This document shows, in pieces, positions 20,142 through 29,605 of a stretch of DNA of 64,000 nt. Every line of letters begins with the position of its first letter. The first letter of the stretch is position 1. Origin of the DNA: Spirochaetota bacterium (GTDB lineage Bacteria; Spirochaetota; UBA4802; UBA5550); assembly GCA_050298055.1 (NCBI GenBank), contig JBNKTL010000011.1:35206-99205 (forward strand). Reading direction: 5' to 3'. A program made the position numbers and the translations under genes. The notes under the pieces were generated by a model. That model was not told the origin of the DNA and searched no databases. It worked only from the letters and a program-made list of their open reading frames with translations.

Positions 20142-20851
20142 TCGTCTTCGGGTTCACGTGTTCCCCGTTCAATCTCCTTATTATACTCCGGTGAAAAATC
20201 GAGGTCTTTGTTCCAGCCGTATCGTCCCCTGATTGAATCGAACTGGCAGAAATCATGAAACTCTACCCTGCTCTGGGGAATGCTTCCGTCTGAAAGCAAA
20301 TTCCTGAATAAAATGATCTGCTGCTGCAGGGGTGTCCCCATGGGGAAAACCGCAGAGCCTTCGTCGTTGAGGAGATTAATCACCGAATAGGGATTGCTGT
20401 TGCAGCCGCAGAGGACTATCAGGGCGTCGAAAAAACCGAGGTCTTCCCGGTTGTCCGTCCCGTCACCGGCATAGAATTTTATGTTTTTCAGTCCCGTGTC
20501 TTTCAGGCGGTCCCTTGCGGCAACAGCCAGCTCCTCATGGTATTCAATTGTCACAACCTCCGATACCAGGGGAGCAATGAGCGCGGTGGAATATCCCGAC
20601 CCGGTCCCGATCTCCAGTACTCTCGATTTTTTCTTAAGATCCAGGAGCTGTATCATCCTGGCCAGCACCGGCAGGCTTTCGCTTTTTTCATGAAGCCCTA
20701 TGGGGATGGGATCAGGTCCGTAGAGCCTTTCCCTGAATAGGGGATCAAAAAACTTTTCCCTCTCTGTCTTTTCAATGACATCCAGGATCTTCTTTTTGAT
20801 CTTGTTCTTCTTTAATGTTTCCAGGAGTTTATTTAATTCTTTTTTCTTCAT
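20114..20851 (-). CDS. pcm: Protein-L-isoaspartate O-methyltransferase family
   Basis: 'REKF...PIPIG', 'VLEIGTGSGY', 'VVTIE', 'GDG', 'VFPMG'. Confidence 0.85.
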   Translation of the reverse strand: MKKKELNKLLETLKKNKIKKKILDVIEKTEREKFFDPLFRERLYGPDPIPIGLHEKSESLPVLARMIQLLDLKKKSRVLEIGTGSGYSTALIAPLVSEVVTIEYHEELAVAARDRLKDTGLKNIKFYAGDGTDNREDLGFFDALIVLCGCNSNPYSVINLLNDEGSAVFPMGTPLQQQIILFRNLLSDGSIPQSRVEFHDFCQFDSIRGRYGWNKDLDFSPEYNKEIERGTREPEDDQSEDPFSL

Positions 20852-20925
20852 TTTTTATGAATTAACAATAAAAAAATTACAGGTATCTAAAATTAATTGG
20901 ATTGAAAAAAAGTAAATCATTTTTC

Positions 20926-21708
20926 TTACTTTTCTATAAACTGCAGTAAATATGTGAGAAAATAGTCAGATATAAGTATTGCCATGGATGAGAGGACCAC
21001 GGCCTGTATGGTGGCCCTGCCCACTCCTTCCGCCCCGCCCCTGGTGTTAAAGCCCTGGTAGCAGGAGATGATGGCGATTTCTATTCCAAAAAAAACCGAT
21101 TTGATCAGACCGGTGACAAAGTCCATGAGGCGTATATACTGGAGAATGTTACTGACATATTTCCCTATTGTGATTTCCAGTGAAAGATAGGCGATGAGCG
21201 CGCCTCCCATGACACCCACAATGTCCGTGAGCACGGTAAGTGCCGGGGTCATTGTGAAAGAGGCCAGGAACCTGGGTACGGCAAGGTACTGTACCGGGTT
21301 TGCCCGGAGGGTCTTCAGGGCATCGATCTGCTCTGTGACCTTCATGGTCCCGATCTCCGCCGCGATTGATGAGCCGACCCTTCCCGCGAGAAGAAGTCCC
21401 GTGAGCACGGGACAGAGTTCTCTGAACAGGGATATGGTTACCGCGCTTCCGATAAAGATTGACGAACCGGACATTAGTGCGTCCATGGCGCGCCCTATCT
21501 GGTATGCCATGACCATGCCCGTGAAAAAGAGGGTGATGGTTGTTACCGGAAGGGACTTGTACCCGATCTCAACCATCTGGTTGATGACGTTCTTTGAGTC
21601 AAAGGGAGGTCTCAGGGACCACCTCACCGTGTCCCTGAAGAGTATGAAATATCCTCCTATCTGTTCAAAAAAGAGGAGGAGCAGGTTCCTGGGATCAGTT
21701 GAGGTCAT
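20926..21708 (-). CDS. mlaE: MlaE family ABC permease
   Basis: 'RELCPVLTGLLLAGRVGSSIAAEIGTMKVTEQIDAL', 'GAEGVGRAT'. Start placed at ATG 21708, overlapping the dnaB stop. Confidence 0.92.
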   Translation of the reverse strand: MTSTDPRNLLLLFFEQIGGYFILFRDTVRWSLRPPFDSKNVINQMVEIGYKSLPVTTITLFFTGMVMAYQIGRAMDALMSGSSIFIGSAVTISLFRELCPVLTGLLLAGRVGSSIAAEIGTMKVTEQIDALKTLRANPVQYLAVPRFLASFTMTPALTVLTDIVGVMGGALIAYLSLEITIGKYVSNILQYIRLMDFVTGLIKSVFFGIEIAIISCYQGFNTRGGAEGVGRATIQAVVLSSMAILISDYFLTYLLQFIEK

Positions 21709-23053
21709 GGGAAGGGAAAGCCTCATCGTATGAGTGCGCCTTGGAAAGGTTGCTGAACTTTGTATACTGTTCCCAGAACTTGAGGGGGATGGTCCCGGTG
21801 GGGCCGTTTCTCTGCTTGGCGATGATAATATCTGCAATTCCCTTCTTCTCAGTCTCCTTTTTCACCTTCTCTTCCCGGTAAATGAAGAGGACCACGTCTG
21901 CGTCCTGTTCAATGGCGCCCGATTCCCTGAGGTCGGAGAGGTTGGGGATCTGGTCCACCCGCGACTCAACGGCCCGGGACAGCTGCGAAAGGGCTATGAC
22001 CGGGACATCAAGCTCCCGGGCAAGCTGTTTGAGCATCCTTGAAATCTCCGCTATCTGCTGGTGCCGTTCGGCCTTGAGCATGCTGGAGATAAGCTGGAGG
22101 TAATCGACAACTACCATTCCCAGGGGTTCCTTGGTTGCCAGCCTCCTTGCCTTCTGCATGATCTGGAGAATTGTCATTGAAGGGGTATCGTCAATATATA
22201 TGGGTGATTTCGCCAGATCGCTTGAAACCTGGAAGATTTTTTCAAGCTGCTCCTTTTTCGTGTAACCGGTTCTCACCAGCTGCGAGTCAACCATGGATTC
22301 GATGCAGAGCATCCTCATCCCCAGCTGTACCGCGGGCATCTCAAGGGAGAAAAAGAGTACCGGTTTCTCCTCTTTAAGAGCAACATGGTTCATGATATTG
22401 AGGGCAAGGGCGGTTTTCCCCATACCGGGCCGTGCGGCAACGATAATCAGCTCGGACCCGTGGAAACCCGTGAGTTTTTCATCGAGGTCGTCGAAACCGG
22501 AAGCGATCCCCGTTACCAGTTTCTTGGTGGTGTTCCATTTGATGATGCTTTTCAGGGTATCGTCAATGACTTCATCGATTCCCCGGTAGCTTGAGGTGTC
22601 CCTCTTCTCTGTTACCTTAAAGATGTTCCGTTCAACGTCGTCAATAAGTTCATCGGTCTCCATTGACATGTCATAGCATTTTTCAATGGAACTTGTAGTC
22701 ACCCGTATAAGGTTCCTCCTGAGGCTGAGCTCCTTTATCCTGTTGGCGTAGAACCCCGCATTTGCCGAAGTAGAGGCGGACTGGTAGAGCTCAACCAGTG
22801 TCTGTTCACCGCCGATTTTTTCAAGTTTTCCGGTATCCTCAAGCCTCTGCTTGAGCATGGGGAGGTCAATGGGAAGGTTCCTGCTCTCCAGTTCCAGTAT
22901 TGTTTCAAATATTGTTCTGTTGCTCTCAAGATAAAAATCCTCCGGGTGGAGGATTTCCGTTACTTTGAACAGGCCTTCCCTGCTGAGAAGTGCTGAAGCC
23001 AGACAGGCAATTTCTGTATCGATATCCTGCGGAGGCAGCCTGTCGATGCTCAT
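21695..23053 (-). CDS. dnaB: Replicative DNA helicase
   Basis: 'AARPGMGKT', 'FSLEM', 'VDYLQL', 'LSQLSR', 'DLRESGAIEQDAD', 'KQRNGP'; no intein. Confidence 0.98.
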   Translation of the reverse strand: MSIDRLPPQDIDTEIACLASALLSREGLFKVTEILHPEDFYLESNRTIFETILELESRNLPIDLPMLKQRLEDTGKLEKIGGEQTLVELYQSASTSANAGFYANRIKELSLRRNLIRVTTSSIEKCYDMSMETDELIDDVERNIFKVTEKRDTSSYRGIDEVIDDTLKSIIKWNTTKKLVTGIASGFDDLDEKLTGFHGSELIIVAARPGMGKTALALNIMNHVALKEEKPVLFFSLEMPAVQLGMRMLCIESMVDSQLVRTGYTKKEQLEKIFQVSSDLAKSPIYIDDTPSMTILQIMQKARRLATKEPLGMVVVDYLQLISSMLKAERHQQIAEISRMLKQLARELDVPVIALSQLSRAVESRVDQIPNLSDLRESGAIEQDADVVLFIYREEKVKKETEKKGIADIIIAKQRNGPTGTIPLKFWEQYTKFSNLSKAHSYDEAFPSHDLN

Positions 23054-23057
23054 CTAA

Positions 23058-23504
23058 TTACTCCTCTTTTTCTACTTGAAGTTTAACAACAGCAGTAAGT
23101 CCGTCATCAAGCTTTACCTGGATATCAAATTCACCGGTAGTCTTAATGGGATTTTCTATCGCTATCTTTCTTTTATCAATGCTGTATCCCTTTTCAAGCA
23201 GTTTTTTTGCCACATCCATTGAAGTTATGGAACCGAAGAGTTTCTCCTCTTCACCCACTTTGGCTGTGATGAGAATCTCAAGGCCGTTAAGGCTTTCATG
23301 GACTTTCTCGCTCTGTTTTTTCCTCTTATCTTTCTTGAGCTTTATGAGTCGTGCCTGATGTTCGATGACCTTTTTATTTGATTCACTTGCCGGGATCACA
23401 AGCTTTTTCGGAATGAGATAGTTCCGTGCGTATCCGTCGGCAACCTCTTTGATGTCTCCCGCGTCACCGAGGTTCATAATATCTTTCTGCAGTATCACTT
23501 TCAT
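23058..23504 (-). CDS. rplI: 50S ribosomal protein L9
   Basis: 'MKVIL...LG..G....VADGYARNYLIPK', 'LFGSIT'. Confidence 0.98.
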   Translation of the reverse strand: MKVILQKDIMNLGDAGDIKEVADGYARNYLIPKKLVIPASESNKKVIEHQARLIKLKKDKRKKQSEKVHESLNGLEILITAKVGEEEKLFGSITSMDVAKKLLEKGYSIDKRKIAIENPIKTTGEFDIQVKLDDGLTAVVKLQVEKEE

Positions 23505-23565
23505 GACATTCTCCTGTTTTAATCAAGTGCTCTTTTCCGGTACATCAACATGACCGGTGAATAAT

Positions 23566-24441
23566 CTAGTGCTGATCTGCCGATTCAACATTCAGCTTTC
23601 TGAAATCCGCCCAGAGGTCCAGGGTCCCGAACCCGGTGAGCAGTATAACGATAAAAATAAATGCCTCAAAACTCAGAATAAAAGTCAAAATGAGCGTTAA
23701 GGTCAGTACATGGGCCGGCTTCTGTTTTTTTATCAGCAAAAATCTGACCACACCCAGTGCCTGTACGAGATAGAGAGCCGATACAATCAATCCTGTATTT
23801 AAACCCGCCAGGTAGAGTGTCTCATACTTTGATTTATCCAGTACGAGAAAAGAAAGCCAGCCGCCAATCAGTAAAAATATTACATAGTCATTCAGCTTGA
23901 AAAATTCCAATCCCTTTATTAAAAATGGTCCAAATAATCTTGTTAAGAGTATTTTTATCATAATAAAACCGAGAATCGAAATAATCAGTGAATTGATAAA
24001 AAAGTAAAAAGGAACGATATCGCTCACAAATGTAATCAGAGTGTCAATATTATCCGTTATCAGTTTTTTCTTATCTTTCGGTATGTCGGTGTTTTTAATA
24101 ATCTCCAGTGTTTGCGCTTTAGACTCTGTTAAAATATTGTAATTTTTGTAGTGTTTCAGATAATAAAAATCTCCTGTATAGATCAGGGTCAGAAGGAGCG
24201 CCGATACGAGTATAAAAAAACCGAAACTCAAGTCCTTTTTGAATACCAGCCCCGCCACAGACCCGATCACAACCGGTGAAACAAGCGTGGGGACAGAGCC
24301 TTTAAACCCGAACAGGGAAATAAGCAAAACAACTGCCGGCAGGAGAAGAACAGCTCCCTTCCATCCCAGCTTATAGCATGCAATGGCCGAACCAAAAAGT
24401 ATCGCCGCGCCGAAAAAAAATAACAGGATAAATAAATTCAC
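23566..24441 (-). CDS. DUF2232/YybS family membrane protein
   Basis: Multi-TM protein ending 'G..DLWADFRK', located between rpsR and rplI as is typical. Confidence 0.8.
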   Translation of the reverse strand: MNLFILLFFFGAAILFGSAIACYKLGWKGAVLLLPAVVLLISLFGFKGSVPTLVSPVVIGSVAGLVFKKDLSFGFFILVSALLLTLIYTGDFYYLKHYKNYNILTESKAQTLEIIKNTDIPKDKKKLITDNIDTLITFVSDIVPFYFFINSLIISILGFIMIKILLTRLFGPFLIKGLEFFKLNDYVIFLLIGGWLSFLVLDKSKYETLYLAGLNTGLIVSALYLVQALGVVRFLLIKKQKPAHVLTLTLILTFILSFEAFIFIVILLTGFGTLDLWADFRKLNVESADQH

Positions 24442-24447
24442 ACTTCT

Positions 24448-24981
24448 CTATTTTTCAATAAATGGTATTAAAGCGATAATCCGTGCCTTCTTTATGGCAT
24501 TTGCCAGTCCTCTCTGATGCCTGGCGCATACACCGGTGACCCTTCTTGGAAGGATCTTACCCCTGTCAGTAATAAACCTGCCCAGTGTATCGGCGTCCTT
24601 GTAATCTATCTCCGCATTCTTGTTCGCGCAGAAATAACAGACCTTTCTCCTGAACTTTGGAAATCTCTGGGAAGAATCCCTTCTCTGGTAGCCTTCACCC
24701 TGCGGTCTCTCTCTCCTGGGTTCCTCTCCGGATGCCGGTTTTCTCTCTTTCGATTCTTCGGTTTTTTTCTCCTGAGTATTAGCTGTATCAGCAGTTTCCT
24801 GAGTTTTTGCCTCATCGGCAGTTCCCGAAGTTTTTTCTGTTTCGGAAGTTTCCACAGCAGCGGTTTCAGAAGTTTCTGCCGGTGCTTCGGTTTCCCTGGT
24901 TTCAGCAGCCGGGGTCTCGGTTACTTTCTCTTCCTGGTCTTCAACAGGAGCATTGTCCTGGTTATTTATTTCAGTTGTCAT
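24448..24981 (-). CDS. rpsR: 30S ribosomal protein S18 with long N-terminal extension
   Basis: C-terminal 'RRKVCYFC...IDYKD...[19 protein letters not shown]'; about 100 aa charged low-complexity N-terminus with a GGAG RBS upstream. Confidence 0.95.
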   Translation of the reverse strand: MTTEINNQDNAPVEDQEEKVTETPAAETRETEAPAETSETAAVETSETEKTSGTADEAKTQETADTANTQEKKTEESKERKPASGEEPRRERPQGEGYQRRDSSQRFPKFRRKVCYFCANKNAEIDYKDADTLGRFITDRGKILPRRVTGVCARHQRGLANAIKKARIIALIPFIEK

Positions 24982-25055
24982 TATTTTCTCCGTGTATTGA
25001 TAAGTCTCGTCTTCCCGAACGGCATTCAGCCGCTGCCGGACAATAATCTGTCTTC

Positions 25056-25496
25056 TCAGAAGGGTATTTCATCATCTGAAAATGGTTTTTGATATCCGTT
25101 TTCCGGTTCACTGTAAACGGGTTCAGTTGATGTCTCGCCGCTGTAATCACCTGTTTCCGAACCTTTGGGTGAAAGGAACTGGAAGTTATCAATAACCACC
25201 TCAATTGAGGAACGCTTCTGACCGGTCTGCTGGTCATCCCATGAGTGTTGTTTCAGCCTTCCTTCAACACCTATCCTCTGGCCCTTTTTGCAGTACTGGG
25301 CAATGATCTCCGCTGCTTTGCTCCATGCAGTACACTTAATAAAGGAGACTTCCTCCTTCTTTTCACCTCCCAGGGTGTATGTCCTGTTCGAAGCAACTGT
25401 AAAATCAGTAACCGCTGTTCCGTTGGGTGTATGACGCAGTTCCGGGTCTCTGACCAGCCGGCCGATAAGTATTACTTTGTTGATATCTCCTGCCAT
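25056..25496 (-). CDS. ssb: Single-stranded DNA-binding protein
   Basis: '[15 protein letters not shown]', 'VEGRL', C-terminal 'DDEIPF'. Confidence 0.98.
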   Translation of the reverse strand: MAGDINKVILIGRLVRDPELRHTPNGTAVTDFTVASNRTYTLGGEKKEEVSFIKCTAWSKAAEIIAQYCKKGQRIGVEGRLKQHSWDDQQTGQKRSSIEVVIDNFQFLSPKGSETGDYSGETSTEPVYSEPENGYQKPFSDDEIPF

Positions 25497-25511
25497 GGCT
25501 CACTTCCTCCG

Positions 25512-25799
25512 TCAGGCTGATTTTTTTCTTTTCGGCAGAACGAAAAGGTATCTCAAAATGTCCGGATTGAGTTTGAATTCGCTGATGATTCTGGATATGG
25601 AATCCGGTGAGGCTTCCAGGTTGAAAAGGATATAAAATCCCTCTTTTTCACCCTGTATCTCGTAAGCCAGCTTCTTGTTGCCCCAGCTGTCTTCGTTTGA
25701 AATGGCGGCCTTCTGTTTTGACAGTATATCCAAGACCTTCTGACGGAGTGAATCTGCGTCTTTGTTCCTGAGAATTACTGTTAATTCATAATTCTTCAT
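25512..25799 (-). CDS. rpsF: 30S ribosomal protein S6
   Basis: 'YELTVIL', 'WGNKKLAYEI', 'G.Y', 'ILRYL'. Confidence 0.97.
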   Translation of the reverse strand: MKNYELTVILRNKDADSLRQKVLDILSKQKAAISNEDSWGNKKLAYEIQGEKEGFYILFNLEASPDSISRIISEFKLNPDILRYLFVLPKRKKSA

Positions 25800-25802
25800 T
25801 AA

Positions 25803-25860
25803 AATGTCTCCTTCCTCTGGAATATGCTGCTCCCGTATCTTTGCCGGGGGCAGAAAGGTT
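25803..25860 (-). ncRNA. Putative S6:S18 ribosomal-protein leader
   Basis: Minus strand AACCTTTCTGCCCCC...GGGAGCAG-CATATT-CCA-GAGGAAGGAG: hairpin, unpaired CCR and a basal CCTT that can pair with the SD, directly 5' of rpsF. Confidence 0.6.
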
Positions 25861-25959
25861 TAGCAATAGTTTTTTAACGGGGATAATTTTTCAAGGATAT
25901 TTTTGATTAATTGTTCAATTTATTGGTTCCTGCTGAAAAGCTTTTTTCTTTTAAAAATA

Positions 25960-26091
25960 TTGACACGTTATACATCCCTTAATGAAAAAGAGTTATTTAA
26001 TTTCCTGGAAACGGTGTGTGTGAACAGTGGTTATCAATTCTCAATATTTTATGATAAAAAATCTGCATTAGAATGGTTATTATCATCATAA
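25960..26091 (+). pseudogene. C-terminal remnant of a STAS/SEC14 (SpoIIAA-like) protein
   Basis: 'FLETVCVNSGYQFSIFYDKKSALEWL' matches this family's C-terminal pattern; no convincing N-terminal half. Start is approximate. Confidence 0.5.
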
Positions 26092-26153
26092 TGCCTCTTT
26101 AAATATATTTAACAGGGTTTTCGGTCCAGCTTAACGTACGGTCGGGTAGTGAG

Positions 26154-26687
26154 TTATTCCTTTAAAAGTGAAAGTATCCACTTGATATTATCTTCAGAGT
26201 CCCACTCCTCGGGGCCCAGCTTCACCTTCCTGATGATTCCTTTCTTGTCCACGATGAAGGTCTCCGGAACCTCGGTGATCCCGAACTTCAAGGCGGTTTT
26301 GCTCAGGGGATCGGAGATGACCGGTATGCTGTAACCCATCTTTCTTATATATTTGAGACAGTTTTTCGCATTGTCATTAAAGACAAGGGGCAGCATTTTG
26401 AAACCGGGGTTTGTCTTCAGTGTGTTGTAAAGCCTGTTAATATGGGGCATCTCCCCAATACTATCCCTGCACCAGTTGGCCCAGAAATTTATAAAAAGGA
26501 CCTTTCCCTTAAGGTCAGCCGGTTTGATCTTATGCTGTGTCTCCACATCCCAGACCAGCATTTTCGGCAGAGGGGCACCCACAGGGAGCCTCTTGACAGT
26601 TTTTGCGCCTCTTATGATGTTGTAGCCAAGAAGCCCCAAGGTTACAAGGCTCAGGAGAATGATGACAACAGGGAATATCTTCTTCAT
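26154..26687 (-). CDS. TlpA/ResA-like thioredoxin with CxxS active site
   Basis: N-terminal TM, 'GKVLFINFWANWCRDSIGEMP', 'VPETFIVDKKG'. Confidence 0.88.
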   Translation of the reverse strand: MKKIFPVVIILLSLVTLGLLGYNIIRGAKTVKRLPVGAPLPKMLVWDVETQHKIKPADLKGKVLFINFWANWCRDSIGEMPHINRLYNTLKTNPGFKMLPLVFNDNAKNCLKYIRKMGYSIPVISDPLSKTALKFGITEVPETFIVDKKGIIRKVKLGPEEWDSEDNIKWILSLLKE

Positions 26688-26949
26688 TTTTACCTTCCGA
26701 TCTTTTTCGTGATTCTGTTCTACCGGGTTTTTCTGTCAAGAATTATCTCATATTCCCATAGAATGCAAAGGAAGAAGTGTCAGCGCGGTTATCCGGTCAG
26801 GAAGGAAGTCCTGTTTGTATCAGATGGCCAGGTTGAATTAATATTGACAAACTGCGGGGAGAGTGTAGAGAATTGCTGTGATAATGTATCTGCTTTTTTT
26901 CTGATCTATGAACTGAGCTTTATAAAGTCGCAGGTTCAGGGCAATAAAA

Positions 26950-27546
26950 ATGCTAATAGATGAAATCACATTCAGAGAGGGGCAAAAAGAGGACAGCCTG
27001 AGAGTTGCTGAACTCGATAATATCGCTTCAGGTGGCACAATAGAATTTCTTTTTCATGATCTCATCCCGGGCTTGTCCCCCGTGGAGATTGTTGCGTCAA
27101 ATCTTGAAAACGACAGGTACCCCCACAGCTACCGCAGTGTGATTGTAGCTGAATATGAAGGTGAGATTACCGGTTTCTCCCTGTCATTTCCTTCCGAATA
27201 TCATTCTCTTACGAATGAAATGCGTGAATTTTTCCCGGCTGATCGCTTGGAACATTTTAAAGAAATTTTCACTACCCGTATCGAAGGCAGTTATTTTCTG
27301 GACGCTTTGTGTGTGGATAAGAAATACAGGAACCATGGTATCGGCGGAAAATTAATTGATCTTACAAAGGCTAAAGCCGGAAATGAAGGTTATACGTCAT
27401 TAAGTTTAATGGTATTTGCGGATAATCCCCTTGCCATAAAACTTTATAAAAATAAAGGCTTTGTTATTAGAAAAGTCGTTGAGTTAAAGTCCCATGAATT
27501 GATCCCCCATGAAGGCGGCTGTCTTTTATTAGAGAGCGCCCTGTAA
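26950..27546 (+). CDS. GNAT family N-acetyltransferase
   Basis: 'LCVDKKYRNHGIGGKL', 'N..AIKLY...GF'. Confidence 0.92.
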   Translation: MLIDEITFREGQKEDSLRVAELDNIASGGTIEFLFHDLIPGLSPVEIVASNLENDRYPHSYRSVIVAEYEGEITGFSLSFPSEYHSLTNEMREFFPADRLEHFKEIFTTRIEGSYFLDALCVDKKYRNHGIGGKLIDLTKAKAGNEGYTSLSLMVFADNPLAIKLYKNKGFVIRKVVELKSHELIPHEGGCLLLESAL

Positions 27547-27636
27547 TAAACCAATGTACGCTGACGGTAAAACAGGTAGTATGTGTTGTTATTGAAGATA
27601 AGTGTTTTTATAATTTATGCATAACCGAGGAAATCT

Positions 27637-28593
27637 ATGAAAGCAGTAATCTGTACAAAATACGGACCACCGGAAGTCCTTCAACTGAAAGATGTAGAAA
27701 AACCTCAGCCCCGGGAGAATGAAGTCCTGATAAAGATACACGCCACAACCTGTCATATTGGAGATGTGAGGATTCGAAGTTTTAATGTTCCATTCTGGCA
27801 GATGGTTCCCTTTCGTTTATTTTTAGGTATCAGAAAACCGAAAAGAAGCATACTGGGGATGGAACTGGCGGGAGAAGTGGAGGATGTCGGGCAAAAAGTC
27901 ATGCGCTTCAAAAAAGGAGACCGGGTTTTTGCCACAACGGGTTTTGTTTTCGGTGCCTATGCCCAGTATACATGCCTGCCGGAAAATGCTGGACGCATAA
28001 AAGAGGGATTAATCGCTATGAAACCCGAAAACATGTCATATGAGGAAGCCGCCGCCGGTGTTGCTACAGGAGGGTTGACCGCGTTAAGTCTCCTGAGAAT
28101 GGCCGGGATAGAAAAGGGAGATAAAATTCTTATTTATGGCGCTTCCGGAAGTGTGGGGACATTCACGGTACAGCTTGCCAGGTACTTCGGGGCGAAAGTT
28201 ACGGGGGTCTGCAGTACGGCGAACCTGGAAATGGTAAGATCGCTGGGAGCGGACCGGGTTATCGATTATACCCGGGAGGACTTCATCGAAAGATGCGGTA
28301 CCTACCATGTTATTATTGATGCAGTGGATAAACTCCCCGTATCAAAAGGGAAAAAATTACTGAAGAAGAAAGGGATATACCTCAATGTTGTAAGGAACTT
28401 TAACTCAGAAGAGAAAATAAAAACCGAAGACCTGGTCTTTCTCAAAGAGCTTGTGGAGGCGGGAGAGATTCGCACGGTCATAGACAGGAAATATCCCCTG
28501 GAAGATATCGTTGAGGCCCACCGGTATGTTGAAAAGGGCCATAAAAAAGGACATGTGGTCATTACTGTGGGACATGAACAGGATGTATTATAA
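27637..28593 (+). CDS. MDR-family NAD(P)-dependent oxidoreductase (quinone reductase-like)
   Basis: 'YGPPEVL', 'LGMELAG', 'GASGSVG', 'LGADRVIDY', 'GHKKG.VVI'; no Zn ligands. Confidence 0.92.
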   Translation: MKAVICTKYGPPEVLQLKDVEKPQPRENEVLIKIHATTCHIGDVRIRSFNVPFWQMVPFRLFLGIRKPKRSILGMELAGEVEDVGQKVMRFKKGDRVFATTGFVFGAYAQYTCLPENAGRIKEGLIAMKPENMSYEEAAAGVATGGLTALSLLRMAGIEKGDKILIYGASGSVGTFTVQLARYFGAKVTGVCSTANLEMVRSLGADRVIDYTREDFIERCGTYHVIIDAVDKLPVSKGKKLLKKKGIYLNVVRNFNSEEKIKTEDLVFLKELVEAGEIRTVIDRKYPLEDIVEAHRYVEKGHKKGHVVITVGHEQDVL

Positions 28594-28675
28594 TAACTGA
28601 AAGCCTTCAGAGGCTCCTTCCTGTTTCAAGAGATCTCTTCATTTGAGAAGACAAATCTGTTCTATTGAGTATTAT

Positions 28676-28776
28676 TAAACCGGTTTTTCTCCCCCCCGAT
28701 AATTTTTCTCCAAACTGGGGGAGTGAGAGCATTAAACAAATTTTGGGGAGTGAGAGGGGGGAGAAAAACCGGTTTA
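28676..28776. mobile_element. MITE-like element, 101 bp, with perfect 21-bp terminal inverted repeats
   Basis: TAAACCGGTTTTTCTCCCCCC (28676-28696) / GGGGGGAGAAAAACCGGTTTA (28756-28776); internal direct repeat GGGGAGTGAGAG x2. Confidence 0.65.
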
Positions 28777-28981
28777 TACAAAATATCTCCGGAAAAGGAA
28801 AAGAACTTACTTGTACAACCGGGAAAAGCGCAAAGTGAAAAGGGTGAGATTAGTTCTGAATTAATATTGACAGGGTGAGTGAATATGATAGGTTTATAAC
28901 ATGATGTGATGTATGGTCGATTAATTCTCCTTAAATAAAGACAAACGTTTGCTGTATTTTATTTCCTCTGGAGACATTATT

Positions 28982-29560
28982 ATGGATGAACTCACATTTA
29001 CGATTGAACTTGTAAAATCTCTCTCCTGGCCGCTGACCCTGTTGATTGTGGTCATGATCCTCAGAAAGCCCATAATCGAACTCCCTTCGCTGATAAAGAA
29101 GCTGAAAATCAAAGACGTTGAGATCGAGTTTGATAAAAAAGTCGAAGAGCTCAAGGAAGAAGCGTTAAAACAACTTCCCGTAATCGAGCAGGATGAAACG
29201 AGACTCAGGAGAAACAGGTTTCTCATCGACCTGGCACAGGTGTCCCCCCGTTCGGCGATCCTTGAATCATGGATTGAACTTGAAAACACATCGTTAAAAT
29301 CGCTTAAGGAAAAAGAACTTGAAAATGTCTCATTGAGTTCTCTCTCCCCCCTGCAGCTGGGCGATCTTCTGATCAAAAGCGATATCCTGGATGAAAATAA
29401 AATGAATATCTATCATCAATTGAGAAATCTGAGAAACGCTGCGGTTCATGCCACCGATCTGAAAGTTACCCCCCTGGTGGCTGTGGAATACCTCAATATG
29501 GCAAATTTATTGACAGGTTTTATTGAAAATAGGATAGGGATTAATCAAAAGAGCAACTGA
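28982..29560 (+). CDS. TM-anchored protein with HEPN-like C-terminal domain (RxxxxH)
   Basis: 'WP' TM helix, coiled linker, 'SPRSAILESWIELE', 'LRNLRNAAVH'. Confidence 0.7.
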   Translation: MDELTFTIELVKSLSWPLTLLIVVMILRKPIIELPSLIKKLKIKDVEIEFDKKVEELKEEALKQLPVIEQDETRLRRNRFLIDLAQVSPRSAILESWIELENTSLKSLKEKELENVSLSSLSPLQLGDLLIKSDILDENKMNIYHQLRNLRNAAVHATDLKVTPLVAVEYLNMANLLTGFIENRIGINQKSN

Positions 29561-29605
29561 GGAGACCTGTTCGCTCTTTATGAATTCAATGAATGGAGAC
29601 TATAA

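Noticed and set aside
26459..26470. Selenocysteine in the TlpA active site
   Set aside because: The codon is AGT (Ser), not TGA.
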